64,000 nt of DNA. Source: Acidobacteriota bacterium (GTDB taxonomy: Bacteria > Acidobacteriota > Aminicenantia > Aminicenantales > Saccharicenantaceae). Below, one piece after another: positions 41,132 through 50,258 of this stretch. Every line of letters begins with the position of its first letter. Position 1 is the first letter of the stretch. The translations under genes and the position numbers were made by a program. A model generated the notes under the pieces. That model was given only the letters and a program-made list of their open reading frames with translations. It was not told where the DNA came from and made no database searches. Location of the stretch: positions 17,826 to 81,825 of the forward strand of contig JAQURD010000005.1 in NCBI GenBank assembly GCA_028749115.1, in the 5' to 3' direction.

Positions 41132-42532
41132 ATGATCAGGTTCGGCACTTCGGGCTGGCGAGCGGTTATGGGAGATGAGTTTACTTTTGCCAACGTCCGC
41201 CGGGTAGTTCAGGCTATAGCCAATTATTTAAAGCAGAAGTTCCCCGCCCAGGATATTTCCTTAGTGGTCGGCTATGACACCAGGTTTCTATCTGGAAGAT
41301 TTGCCCGGGAAGCCGCCTCTCTCCTGTCGAAAAATGGAATTCAGGTCTACCTGACTGAACGGGATTGCCCTTCCCAGGCTCTGGCTTATCAAATTATAAG
41401 AGGCAGGCATTCTGGAGGCATAAATTTTACTGCTTCTTTTAATCCTCCTAAGTTCAATGGGTTGAAGTTTAATGTAGAAACGGGGGCGCCGGCTCTGCCT
41501 GAGGTGACAGATGTGATTGAGAAAGAAGTGGAGAGAGTAAAAGCCGGAACTGTCAGCCCCAGGTATTATCCTGACCGATCTTATATACAATTTGTTGATC
41601 TTCAATCTGGCTACCTTGAGTTCCTGCAAAAAAAAGTCAATTTCGAAATGATTAGAAAGAGCAGGATAAAGATTGGCATCGATCTTCTATTTAGTACCAG
41701 CCGGGAATATCTGGATGAAATCCTGGAAGAAAACGGTATTCCGGTTGAGGTTATTCATGGTTATATTGATCCCTACTTTGGGGGAATTTCTCCTGCCTGC
41801 ACAGAAGAAAATCTGGCTGACTTGAAAAAGCTGGTTACCAGCCGGGGGTGTGCCCTGGGGCTGGCGACTGATGCCGATGGAGATCGTTTTGGACTGGTAG
41901 ATGAAAGCGGACAGCTCGTTATGGCTAACTATGTACTGGCTCTTCTACTTGAGTATCTTTTGACCATCAAGGGCTGGAGAGGCGGGGTGGCCAGATCAGT
42001 GACTACGACTCACCTGATTGACCGGATTGCCAGAAATTATGATTTGCCGGTCTACCGGACTCCGGTTGGCTTTAAGTATCTGGCCGATCTTTTTATTAAA
42101 GACAGGATAATTTTTGGCGGGGAAGAAAGTGCCTGCCTGGCGGTCAAAGACCATCTGCCGGAAAAAGATGGCATCTTTGCCGGGCTGCTGGTGGCCGAGA
42201 TGATGGCTGTCTATGGCCAGAGTCTATCTGAGCTTCTGGCTCAGTTATTTAAAAAATACGGGAAAATGGTTGGAGTTCAAACTAACCTGGCCCTTTCCGC
42301 TAGAATCTCCAGACGGCTGAATGAATTAATAAAAAATCCGCCCCAGACAGTAGGCAAAAGGCGGGTGGTTACAGCCGAAACAATGGACGGCCTTAAGCTG
42401 GTTTTCCCCGGAGATAGCTGGCTGATCCTGAGGTTCTCCGGTACCGAGCCGGTGGTGCGCGGTTACAGTGAAGCTGAAACCAGAAAAGAAGCTCAGGCTT
42501 TACTGGCGGCAGGAACAAGGCTTTTATGTTAA
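41132..42532 (+). CDS. Phosphoglucomutase/phosphomannomutase (alpha-D-phosphohexomutase family)
   Basis: FGTSGWR N-terminus, phosphoserine loop GINFTASFNPPKFNG, metal-binding DADGDR and GEESA motifs. The ATG at 41132 is chosen over the in-frame TTG at 41078. Confidence 0.85.
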   Translation: MIRFGTSGWRAVMGDEFTFANVRRVVQAIANYLKQKFPAQDISLVVGYDTRFLSGRFAREAASLLSKNGIQVYLTERDCPSQALAYQIIRGRHSGGINFTASFNPPKFNGLKFNVETGAPALPEVTDVIEKEVERVKAGTVSPRYYPDRSYIQFVDLQSGYLEFLQKKVNFEMIRKSRIKIGIDLLFSTSREYLDEILEENGIPVEVIHGYIDPYFGGISPACTEENLADLKKLVTSRGCALGLATDADGDRFGLVDESGQLVMANYVLALLLEYLLTIKGWRGGVARSVTTTHLIDRIARNYDLPVYRTPVGFKYLADLFIKDRIIFGGEESACLAVKDHLPEKDGIFAGLLVAEMMAVYGQSLSELLAQLFKKYGKMVGVQTNLALSARISRRLNELIKNPPQTVGKRRVVTAETMDGLKLVFPGDSWLILRFSGTEPVVRGYSEAETRKEAQALLAAGTRLLC

Positions 42533-42870
42533 ACGCGGCTTCCGCTAAGAAGAAAATTACGGTCAGGAAAAAGCTGTTTTATTTAGTTGCCGGCATTTTG
42601 CTTCTGGCCAGCCTGATTACCACTTTTTTTGGTAAGAAGGGTTTTCTTGATATCCAGAAACAGAAAAAGAGATATTATGAACTTGAAACCCAGATTAAGG
42701 AGCTTGACCGGCAAATAGCCAGATTAAAGGCGGAGATAAAAGCCCTCGAAACTAATCCCCAGGCCATTGAGAAAGAAGCCAGGGAAAGGCTCTGGCTAAT
42801 AAAACCCGAAGAAAAAGTCATTATCAGGAAAAAAACAGAATCTTCAGGGCAGCAACCAGCCGGGCATTAA
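42526..42870 (+). CDS. ftsB: Septum formation initiator FtsB/DivIC-like
   Basis: 114 aa with one transmembrane segment followed by a coiled-coil (…YELETQIKELDRQIARLKAEIKALETNP…ARERLWLIKP…). Start overlaps the pgm stop by 7 nt. Confidence 0.7.
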   Translation: MLNAASAKKKITVRKKLFYLVAGILLLASLITTFFGKKGFLDIQKQKKRYYELETQIKELDRQIARLKAEIKALETNPQAIEKEARERLWLIKPEEKVIIRKKTESSGQQPAGH

Positions 42871-44562
42871 AGACCAGATCCTGGGACCTGAAGCATAAAT
42901 CAGATAACTCTTCAGGCTTTGAATGAGCCTGGAGGTTTGAGCTAAGGGAGAAGAGACGTCTTTATGGCGGCCAAGAAGCCTGTCCAGCAGGGAGCGCTTT
43001 TTAGGCCAGATAACCAGTTTGACCTCTTCCTCCAGGCTGATGCCAGTTATTTTTTTGGCTGTTTCCATTGCCTGATAGTAACCGCCAAGCCCGTCAATCA
43101 GATGGAGTCCCATGGCCTGTTTTCCGGTCCAGACCCGGCCCCGGCCTAACCGGTCAACTTCTTCCAGGGTCATATTCCTGGCAGTAGCCACTCTTTCCAG
43201 AAATTGCTCGTAGATGAGATTCAGCTGGTTTCTGAGTATTTCTTTTTCCTCACGGGTAAACTCTTTATAAACAGAAAAGGTATCGGCTTTCTGGCCAATA
43301 ATCACTTTTTCTGCCTTGATGCCGAGTTTGTCGAGTAGTTGAGAAAAGCTGAACTTGCCGGCTATAACACCAATTGAACCGGTCAGAGTTTGTGGCTGGG
43401 CAATTATTTCCTGACCGCCAAGGGCCAGCCAGTAACCTCCAGAACCAGCCATTCCAGACATAGAAATGATTACCGGCTTTTGCTTACGGGCCTCCAGCAG
43501 TGCGTGGTAAATTATGTCTGAGCCGACGGCTGAACCTCCGGGACTATCTACCCTGATGATAATGGCCCGGATGGAGTTGTCTCTGGCGGCAGCCTTTAGC
43601 CATCTGACCAGAGTGTCACTCCCCAGAGCCAGGGTCTGTTCCTCTCCGCTTATTATTGTCCCGGAGGCAAAAATCACGGCTATCTTCTGGCCGTGTTGAA
43701 TACCGACAGAGGCTGGATCTACCTCTGCATATTGTTCGTTGGATATTTTTTGCAGGCGATTGATATCCTTGAGATTCATAAAGTTTATTACCTCATCCTC
43801 ATAGGCCAGGGCATCAACCAGACCAGCTTCTACTGTTTCCTTTCCCTGAAAATAGCCCTGGTTAATAATCTGTTTCATTTCTTCTGGCGACTTTTTTCTG
43901 GCCACGGCTATTTCCTGGCAGTAATGGTCGAAAATATCCTGATAAATAGATTCCATCATTTCTTTATGGGCCAGGGTAAAGCCATTTTCAGTAAACTGAT
44001 TGTAGGCGGTTTTATATTCAGCGATGTGTTCAAATTCAGCCTTGATACCCAGATTAGCCAGGGTGTTTTTAAAAAACAGAACATAACTCGCCAGCCCGTT
44101 TACTCCCAGCCAGCCGAGTGGATGAATTAGAATGCGATCTGAGGCTATGGCCAGATAATATTCTTTATCAGCTTCTGGCGATTCTTCAAAATAGGAGATG
44201 ACCGGCTTACCTGATTTTCTGAACTCCAGCACTGCCTGCCGCAACTCTTCTATTTTAGCCCAATCAGCCTCCAGCAGGCCAAACTTCAGGACAACGGCCT
44301 TTATTCTCGGGTCAACGGCCGCTTTTCTAAGGTTCATCCAGGTATCAAAGAGGGATATAGCTCTGCTCCCGAAGAGATCAGTCAGGGGAGTGGTAGGGAT
44401 ATATTCTTCTAGCTGGCCGTTAAGTTGTATCTCCAGATAGGAATTACCTGCTACTTTAGTTTTCTGGGGCAGAAAATTAGAAAAAATAATTGAAAAAAAC
44501 AAAAGCCCGGTGACAATAACGAAAAATAAAATTATAACCAGCCAGGCAACCTTTTTATTCAT
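42844..44562 (-). CDS. sppA: Signal peptide peptidase SppA (protease IV, 67K two-domain type)
   Basis: N-terminal transmembrane segment and two ClpP/crotonase-fold repeats with the Ser protease motif (…SMSGMAGSGGYWLAL…). 3' end overlaps ftsB convergently by 27 nt. Confidence 0.8.
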   Translation of the reverse strand: MNKKVAWLVIILFFVIVTGLLFFSIIFSNFLPQKTKVAGNSYLEIQLNGQLEEYIPTTPLTDLFGSRAISLFDTWMNLRKAAVDPRIKAVVLKFGLLEADWAKIEELRQAVLEFRKSGKPVISYFEESPEADKEYYLAIASDRILIHPLGWLGVNGLASYVLFFKNTLANLGIKAEFEHIAEYKTAYNQFTENGFTLAHKEMMESIYQDIFDHYCQEIAVARKKSPEEMKQIINQGYFQGKETVEAGLVDALAYEDEVINFMNLKDINRLQKISNEQYAEVDPASVGIQHGQKIAVIFASGTIISGEEQTLALGSDTLVRWLKAAARDNSIRAIIIRVDSPGGSAVGSDIIYHALLEARKQKPVIISMSGMAGSGGYWLALGGQEIIAQPQTLTGSIGVIAGKFSFSQLLDKLGIKAEKVIIGQKADTFSVYKEFTREEKEILRNQLNLIYEQFLERVATARNMTLEEVDRLGRGRVWTGKQAMGLHLIDGLGGYYQAMETAKKITGISLEEEVKLVIWPKKRSLLDRLLGRHKDVSSPLAQTSRLIQSLKSYLIYASGPRIWSLMPGWLLP

Positions 44563-44767
44563 CTTTGCTCCTTTCCATTTTTTATTATTTTACTTTAGGC
44601 AGCCTTAAAAATAAACAAAGAGAATAAAGCTAATTTCGAAGCCGGCCAGGGAACCATTAATATGAATAATAATATTGGCCTTTTTCTGGCCTTTTCTGTT
44701 CTGTTTGACAAAATCTTTAACGGCGGTAAGATAAAAAACTAGAAATAAGTAGTTCTAATTAGAGCTC

Positions 44768-46576
44768 ATGAAGCTAATTAACCTGTTTAAAAAAAAGGGC
44801 TGGCCCCTGGCTATCTGTCTGGTTATTCTCAGCGGACCTACCCGGGCGGAAGAGGGCAGACTGGCTACGTTTCTCTCTCCGGCTAATTTAAAGCCGGGAA
44901 TGACCTTCAGGCTTGTCATTTTTTCTGAAAACGGAAGTAAGCTGCTGGAAAACGGCCTGAATGTTATTTGCCATGGTCCCGGGAATAAAGCAAGCCGCCT
45001 GATGATGAAAAAAAAGAATGGCGGTCCGCCCTTCTGGCAATGGTGGTCGGGTGAGGTCAAGGACAGCGGGTGGCACCGGCTGGAAATAAGAAACGGCCGC
45101 CAGGTCGTTAAGACCTTTGACTTTGAAGTGCCGGCCGGGCTATCTCAGGTGGTAGCTTCACCATATTACTGGCCAGCAGGAAACAACTGGAACAGGGAAA
45201 AGGAGAATCTCTATTCAGCCTGGATTGAAGCTCTTTTTGGTCAGAGTGATGAGGATGATTCCTGGCCAAACTTAAGTGTGGTTCTCAAAGATCCGGAAAA
45301 AAATTTTCTTTATAATCACCTTGGTCTGGGGGAAGATGAAAGTGACGTCCAGCTTCAACCGGATTGTGCTGATAATCCTTTTGTGTTGCGTGGCTATTTT
45401 GCCTGGAAGTTAAGGTTGCCCTTCGGTTTTCATGCCTGTTCCCGTGGTTCCCTGTCTGAACCGCCTGCCTGTCAGAGATGGTTTATTAATGAAATGCCAG
45501 GCTCAAGGGGAAATGAAGTCAATAAATTTCACCGGCTGATGCGGCTGGTCATGGATACCGTTCATTCGGGAACAGCCAGGACAGCTTTAAAGGCAGAAGA
45601 GTCAGATTATTATCCTCTCCCACTCGAGAGACATAAACTGCCGCCGGGAACAGTTTTTGCTGACCCATACGGCCACACCCTGGTTATTGTTCACTGGCGC
45701 CCTCAAACCGATGATCAGCCTGGAGAGCTTCTGGCCGTAGATGCTCAACCCGATAATACTATTGGCATTAAGAGATTCTGGCCGGGCAATTTCCTTTTTG
45801 CTACCGAGAACGTTGTCGGGCAACCAGGTTTTAAGGCCTTCAGGCCAATCATCATTAAAAATAATCAGCTCAAATTGATGACTAATGGGGAAATAGAGCT
45901 CAGCCTGGATTATGGGCAAATCTCCTTTGAGCAGTTAAACCTCCAGCCTGAGGATTTTTATAATAGAATGGAACAATTGATAAATCCCCGGCCTCTTGCC
46001 CCTGAAGCTGTCCTGTCAGAGCTTTTCCGGGCTTTACAAGAACAACTTCAGGTTAGGGTGGCTTCGGTCGGGATGGCAGAAAAATTTAAGAAGGAACATC
46101 CTGATTATATTATCCCTATGCCTTCAGGGGCAGCTATCTTTCAGTCAAGTGGCCCCTGGGAAGATTTATCGACACCCAACCGTGACCTCCGTGTTCTTAT
46201 CGCCATTGATACTATCAAAAATTTCCCTGATAAGGTTCTCAAACATCCCGGGCTGTATAAAATAAAAAAATCAGGAGCACCGGAAAAAATTAGGACCGGG
46301 CTAATCCAGCTATCAGACAAACTGGCCAATGAAATGAAAATTACCTATCGCCGGTCTGATGACCGCCCCTGGAGTCTATCGCTGAAAGAGGTAATGGCCA
46401 GGCAGGAGGCATTTGAGATGGGCTACAACCCCAATGATTGTGTGGAATACCGCTGGGGAGCACCTGCCGGTTCAGAGGAATATTCTACTTGCCGCCGGTA
46501 CGCTCCGCCAGCTCAAAGGGAAAAAATGACTGCTGTCCGCATCTGGTTCAAAAAGCGCCTGCATCCTCCTACCTGA
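44768..46576 (+). CDS. Large secreted hypothetical protein (602 aa), candidate Cys/His hydrolase fold
   Basis: Signal peptide (…LVILSGPTRAEEG). No family recognised. Conserved-looking FHACSRGS and PGTVFADPYGHTLVIVHW segments resemble the Cys and His blocks of NlpC/P60- or transglutaminase-like papain-fold enzymes. This is inference only. Confidence 0.55.
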   Translation: MKLINLFKKKGWPLAICLVILSGPTRAEEGRLATFLSPANLKPGMTFRLVIFSENGSKLLENGLNVICHGPGNKASRLMMKKKNGGPPFWQWWSGEVKDSGWHRLEIRNGRQVVKTFDFEVPAGLSQVVASPYYWPAGNNWNREKENLYSAWIEALFGQSDEDDSWPNLSVVLKDPEKNFLYNHLGLGEDESDVQLQPDCADNPFVLRGYFAWKLRLPFGFHACSRGSLSEPPACQRWFINEMPGSRGNEVNKFHRLMRLVMDTVHSGTARTALKAEESDYYPLPLERHKLPPGTVFADPYGHTLVIVHWRPQTDDQPGELLAVDAQPDNTIGIKRFWPGNFLFATENVVGQPGFKAFRPIIIKNNQLKLMTNGEIELSLDYGQISFEQLNLQPEDFYNRMEQLINPRPLAPEAVLSELFRALQEQLQVRVASVGMAEKFKKEHPDYIIPMPSGAAIFQSSGPWEDLSTPNRDLRVLIAIDTIKNFPDKVLKHPGLYKIKKSGAPEKIRTGLIQLSDKLANEMKITYRRSDDRPWSLSLKEVMARQEAFEMGYNPNDCVEYRWGAPAGSEEYSTCRRYAPPAQREKMTAVRIWFKKRLHPPT

Positions 46577-46700
46577 CAGTGCTCAGAATTTTCTTGATTT
46601 TAATTTTTTCTTATGGCATCATAAATTTCGCCTTTTTCACCGAGTTATCTCTGGTTGAAATGGGGAAAGCCGGTTGGAGGAGGTTAAGGAGGTTTTTTTT

Positions 46701-47000
46701 ATGTCTTCAAAACTTTATGTAGGTAACTTGAACTACAGGACAACCGAGGAAAAACTGAAGGATTTATTTTCTCAGTTTGGAGAAGTTACCTCAGTTAACA
46801 TCCTGCAGGGTCGCGGTTTTGGTTTCGTCGAGATGTCGGCTGAAGAAATGGCTGAGGAAGCCAAGAATAAGCTAAATGGAACAGAGTTTGAAGGTCGGAA
46901 AATTATTGTCAATGATGCCAGACCAAAAACAGAAAGAAGAAGCGGTGATCGCCAGCAGGGGCCTGGACCTCAGGGCAGAAGGAATTTCAACCGTTTTTGA
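46701..47000 (+). CDS. RNA-binding protein with a single RRM domain
   Basis: RNP2 (LYVGNL) and RNP1 (RGFGFVEM) motifs, then an Arg/Gly-rich tail. Strong AGGAGG ribosome-binding site before the ATG at 46701; 99 aa. Confidence 0.85.
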   Translation: MSSKLYVGNLNYRTTEEKLKDLFSQFGEVTSVNILQGRGFGFVEMSAEEMAEEAKNKLNGTEFEGRKIIVNDARPKTERRSGDRQQGPGPQGRRNFNRF

Positions 47001-47248
47001 TAGACTCTGATCTATAATCTCACCAGCTTTTAAGAACAGGGGGAAGCCTCTGGCCGGAGATGGAAGGGCCTGAGTCTCTATCTCCTTGCCAGGAGACTGA
47101 ATTCAAAGCTAAAAGCCAGAGTAAACCTTTCCTTCTTTTTTTCCGTAGTCTTTAGTGTAGATAAAATTTAATGAGTAATAGATTTTTATCTAGCTGAAAT
47201 AAATGTATATTAAACATCAGGAGAATAGGCAGAGGATAAAATTCGAGA

Positions 47249-47827
47249 ATGGAACGGAAAAATGCCGGTAGTTATCAGTCTCATCCAGAATTTCTGGTCT
47301 CCAGAGTCAAAGAGGGAGATAGAGAAGCATTTATGAAACTCGTCGGGCTTTATCAACAAAAAATATTTGTTTTGACTTACTCTATGGTCAGAGAAAGGGA
47401 AGATGCACTTGATCTGGTGCAGGAGACTTTCCTGAGGCTTTATGAAAAAATTAATACCTACCGGCCCGGGGAAAACTTTAGTGCCTGGCTGATGAAGATA
47501 GCTAGAAATATCTGTATTGATTTTATCAGGAAGCAAAAAGCCAGGAGAAAAGAAAGCCTTGACAGCCTGAGCCCTGACCGGATTGATTTAGCTGATTCTG
47601 GCCAGGATCCAGCTCGCTTTAACCCGGGAGAAATAATCCAGAAGGCAGTCAGCCGCTTGCCAGCTAAACAGCAGGCAGTCTTTGTTCTTCACCACTATCA
47701 GGATCTCAAATATGAAGAAATTGCAGGCGAATTAAAAATTTCAGCTGGCACTGTTAAATCATTGCACTATAAAGCTGTACGAAAACTGAGGAAGATGCTG
47801 GCCAGGCAGCTGGGAGGTGAGCAGTGA
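47249..47827 (+). CDS. ECF-subfamily RNA polymerase sigma-70 factor
   Basis: Region 2 (…LVQETFLRLYEKINTYRP…FSAWLMKIARNICIDFIRK…) and region 4 helix-turn-helix (…DLKYEEIAGELKISAGTVKSLHYKAVRKL…); 192 aa. The stop overlaps the anti-sigma start (GTGA). Confidence 0.85.
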   Translation: MERKNAGSYQSHPEFLVSRVKEGDREAFMKLVGLYQQKIFVLTYSMVREREDALDLVQETFLRLYEKINTYRPGENFSAWLMKIARNICIDFIRKQKARRKESLDSLSPDRIDLADSGQDPARFNPGEIIQKAVSRLPAKQQAVFVLHHYQDLKYEEIAGELKISAGTVKSLHYKAVRKLRKMLARQLGGEQ

Positions 47828-48618
47828 ATAAATGCCGTGATTACCGGTCAGACTGGCTGGCCTTTCTCCGTGGAGAGCTTGAGGCAGACAGACGGCAGGT
47901 GATGAAGGAGCATCTAAACCGTTGTAGCTGTTGCCAGAAAGAATTAAGAGCCATAAAAAATTTCATCAGTCAGACAGATAATTTCCATAACGAACTTAAA
48001 GAAACTATGGCTGGCATTGACTGGGATAAGCTTCAGCTAACTATTACCGGGCGTGCTTTTGAACAGAAAGCCCGCCGGGAAGATCCCAGGCCGGCAACCG
48101 GCTTTAAACTTGGCCGCTGGCAGCCGGTAGCTGCCGGCCTTATTGCTGGCCTATTGCTTGGTGCTTTTTTTACCTTTTTATGGATGCGATCAGGGAGATT
48201 AGACGAATCTGGTGCCAGAAAAGAATCAGGGATAAGCTTACCAGCTGGCTTTGTTCAAAGAGTGGATTTGGCCCTGGCCCAGCGCCAGACTATAGATTAC
48301 CTTGACCGGAGCCAGTTCCTGCTGCTGGAACTTGTCCAGTCAAAAACGGCCAATCAGGCTTCTTCCTTTCTGACTCAAGATAAGGTTCAAAAATTATTGA
48401 CTGAGAAAAAGTATCTGAACAGTCAACTGAATGAAATTAAGCTGGCTAAGGCCAAGATGCTCTGTGACCAGATTGAAATGCTTTTTCTGGAACTCGTTCA
48501 GCTCAGTCCTCAAATGTCAGATGCGGAGCTTGAAAATCTTAGAGAAATAATTGAAAGTCGCCAGCTTCTGCTGAAAATCAATCTGGTCAAGAAGGAATTA
48601 CAGCAAGGTGAGGCCTAA
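47824..48618 (+). CDS. Zinc-finger (ZAS-type, HxxxCxxC) transmembrane anti-sigma factor
   Basis: HLNRCSCCQ motif at the N-terminus, one transmembrane helix (VAAGLIAGLLLGAFFTFLWM) and a roughly 140-aa extracytoplasmic domain. Cotranscribed with the ECF sigma gene. Confidence 0.65.
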   Translation: MNKCRDYRSDWLAFLRGELEADRRQVMKEHLNRCSCCQKELRAIKNFISQTDNFHNELKETMAGIDWDKLQLTITGRAFEQKARREDPRPATGFKLGRWQPVAAGLIAGLLLGAFFTFLWMRSGRLDESGARKESGISLPAGFVQRVDLALAQRQTIDYLDRSQFLLLELVQSKTANQASSFLTQDKVQKLLTEKKYLNSQLNEIKLAKAKMLCDQIEMLFLELVQLSPQMSDAELENLREIIESRQLLLKINLVKKELQQGEA

Positions 48619-49483
48619 AGTGAAAAACCGGACTAAGATTTTAGTGTTTTTGGCAGGCATCTTATTGTTGCTTTACTCCGGGCTGGCTGCCCAGACAGCC
48701 GGAGAGAAGATAAAGCACGATGAGCAGTTATTGCAGGAAGCCAAACTGTTGATTTTTGATAAAAAGTGGAGTCAGGCTGAACAGAAACTGAGCGAGTTTT
48801 TAAGCCGCTATCCTAAAAGTGCTCTTTATTCCCAGGCTCTTTTCTATAAGGGAAAGTGCCTGACTGAGCAGAGGGGCAAAGAACTGACGGCCTGGCAGAC
48901 TTTTGAGGAATTTTTAAAGAGACCGGATAAGCCTGAGGGCCTGGTAGAGGAAGCCCAGATTGCCAGTCTTGACCTGGCTTTTAACCTTTACCAGAGTGGG
49001 CAGACAAGTTTTGGCCAGATACTGACTGGCCGGCTAAATGATCCAAACCCGGTAATCCGTTATTATGCAGCTTTTAAGTTGAGCTATCTTCAGGATAAGA
49101 AGCTGGCCAGGGAGGCCGTTCCGGTTTTGAAAAAGTTGATGGAAGAAGAAAAAGATCCGGAACTGGTGGACCGGGCAAAAATTGCTCTGCTAAGAATTTC
49201 TCCAGAGTTCTTTAAAGAGATAAAAGACCGCTCTGATTCTGGGGGGCATCGTCTGGTCAAAATCAGGATATTCGAAAAAGGCAAAAAAACTCCCAATGTT
49301 TCAGTCAATTTTCCTCTGGCTCTGGCTGACCTGGCTCTCCAGGCTATGCCGGAGAGGGATAAAAACCGGATCAAGCAGCAAGGATATGATCTTGACCGGA
49401 TTCTGGAAGATCTGGCCAAATCACACGAAAAGCTGATCAGAATTGAGGAAGATGGCAATTTAATTGAAATCTGGATCGAATAA
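48608..49483 (+). CDS. Secreted helical-repeat (TPR/HEAT-like) protein with a C-terminal domain paralogous to the next gene
   Basis: Signal peptide, helical repeat region, and a C-terminal roughly 80 aa (HRLVKIRIFEKG…LIRIEEDGNLIEIWIE) that align with the downstream protein. Confidence 0.5.
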   Translation: MRPKVKNRTKILVFLAGILLLLYSGLAAQTAGEKIKHDEQLLQEAKLLIFDKKWSQAEQKLSEFLSRYPKSALYSQALFYKGKCLTEQRGKELTAWQTFEEFLKRPDKPEGLVEEAQIASLDLAFNLYQSGQTSFGQILTGRLNDPNPVIRYYAAFKLSYLQDKKLAREAVPVLKKLMEEEKDPELVDRAKIALLRISPEFFKEIKDRSDSGGHRLVKIRIFEKGKKTPNVSVNFPLALADLALQAMPERDKNRIKQQGYDLDRILEDLAKSHEKLIRIEEDGNLIEIWIE

Positions 49484-49514
49484 ATCTATGGATCATAATA
49501 TAAGGAGGATTAAG

Positions 49515-49901
49515 ATGAAAAAGATAGCGATGATAGCTGTTCTGACAGTTATGGCTCTGAGCTTAACAGCCGGGCCGTCTTTCACCCTGGATAAGGATGA
49601 TTATAGGGTGATAAAAAAGGCCGTTGGAGAAAATCCTAAAAGCCAGCCTGCGGCTGAAGTAAAATGGCTTAGAGTCTTAATAGTTGAGAATGCCTCGGGT
49701 AAAGAAAAAGTAAAGGTGACTATGCCCATTTCACTGGTTGAGATTTTTGCCCGCTGCGCTGAATACCAGAAAGACGAAGTGAAAGGCAAGGGAGGTTCTT
49801 TGAATTTTAGCGAGTTACTGGAGCAACTGAAAAAAGCCGGTCCAATGGCCATCGTAGAAATCAATGAGGAAGATGAGACAATCAAAGTCTGGCTCGAATA
49901 A
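49515..49901 (+). CDS. Small secreted protein, paralog of the C-terminal domain of the upstream gene
   Basis: Signal peptide after the ATG at 49515 (AAGGAGG ribosome-binding site). The C-terminal part (KWLRVLIVENASGKEKVKV…AIVEINEEDETIKVWLE) aligns with the previous protein's C-terminus. Confidence 0.5.
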   Translation: MKKIAMIAVLTVMALSLTAGPSFTLDKDDYRVIKKAVGENPKSQPAAEVKWLRVLIVENASGKEKVKVTMPISLVEIFARCAEYQKDEVKGKGGSLNFSELLEQLKKAGPMAIVEINEEDETIKVWLE

Positions 49902-49936
49902 AAGAGCTGATCCTTCTCTCTTTTTAACAGGCAGCA

Positions 49937-49975
49937 AGAGGGAACCTGGCCGGCCAGGCTCCCTCTTTTTTATTT
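49937..49975 (+). terminator. Rho-independent terminator closing the ECF sigma operon
   Basis: AGAGGGAACCTGGCC / GGCCAGGCTCCCTCT stem (one mismatch), followed by TTTTTTATTTATTTT, 36 nt after the stop codon. Confidence 0.65.
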
Positions 49976-50191
49976 ATTTTAATATTTTAAACGGCTCTGA
50001 TACTTTCGGGCCAGCTCCTTCAAAACCGATCTTTTAACCTTCATTTCTAAACCCATTTCTTCGCCTCCTGGCTAATCTCTTCCCGAAATCTAGCTTCAAT
50101 CTGGGCCAGAAGGCAAAAGAATTTTGTGTAGATTTTCTCGTGAGGCAAAGAATCATTTTCGTTTAGATCTTAGAAAAGGCAATTCGTGGCG

Positions 50192-50221
50192 TTGACTTTA
50201 ACCTCTCTTTTTTTAGATAAT
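50192..50221 (+). promoter_or_regulatory. Candidate sigma-70 promoter for the dehydrogenase gene (TTGACT-N18-GATAAT)
   Basis: Hexamers read from the sequence, about 38 nt upstream of the ATG at 50259. Not validated. Confidence 0.35.
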
Positions 50222-50258
50222 TAGAAACTAAGATATTGCGGTCAAAGGAGTCTTCAAG

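Noticed and set aside
41132-42532. Phosphoglucomutase active-site loop reads TASFNP instead of TASHNP
   Set aside because: The phosphoserine itself and the metal-binding DADGDR and sugar-binding GEES motifs are retained. The His to Phe change alone is not good evidence for inactivity.
44600-44700. GGCCAG…TGGCC / GGCC-T7-GGCC hairpins upstream of the 602-aa gene as a terminator
   Set aside because: No upstream plus-strand gene ends here, since sppA on the minus strand starts at 44562. The structures have large A/T-rich loops. They are more likely part of the promoter region than a terminator.
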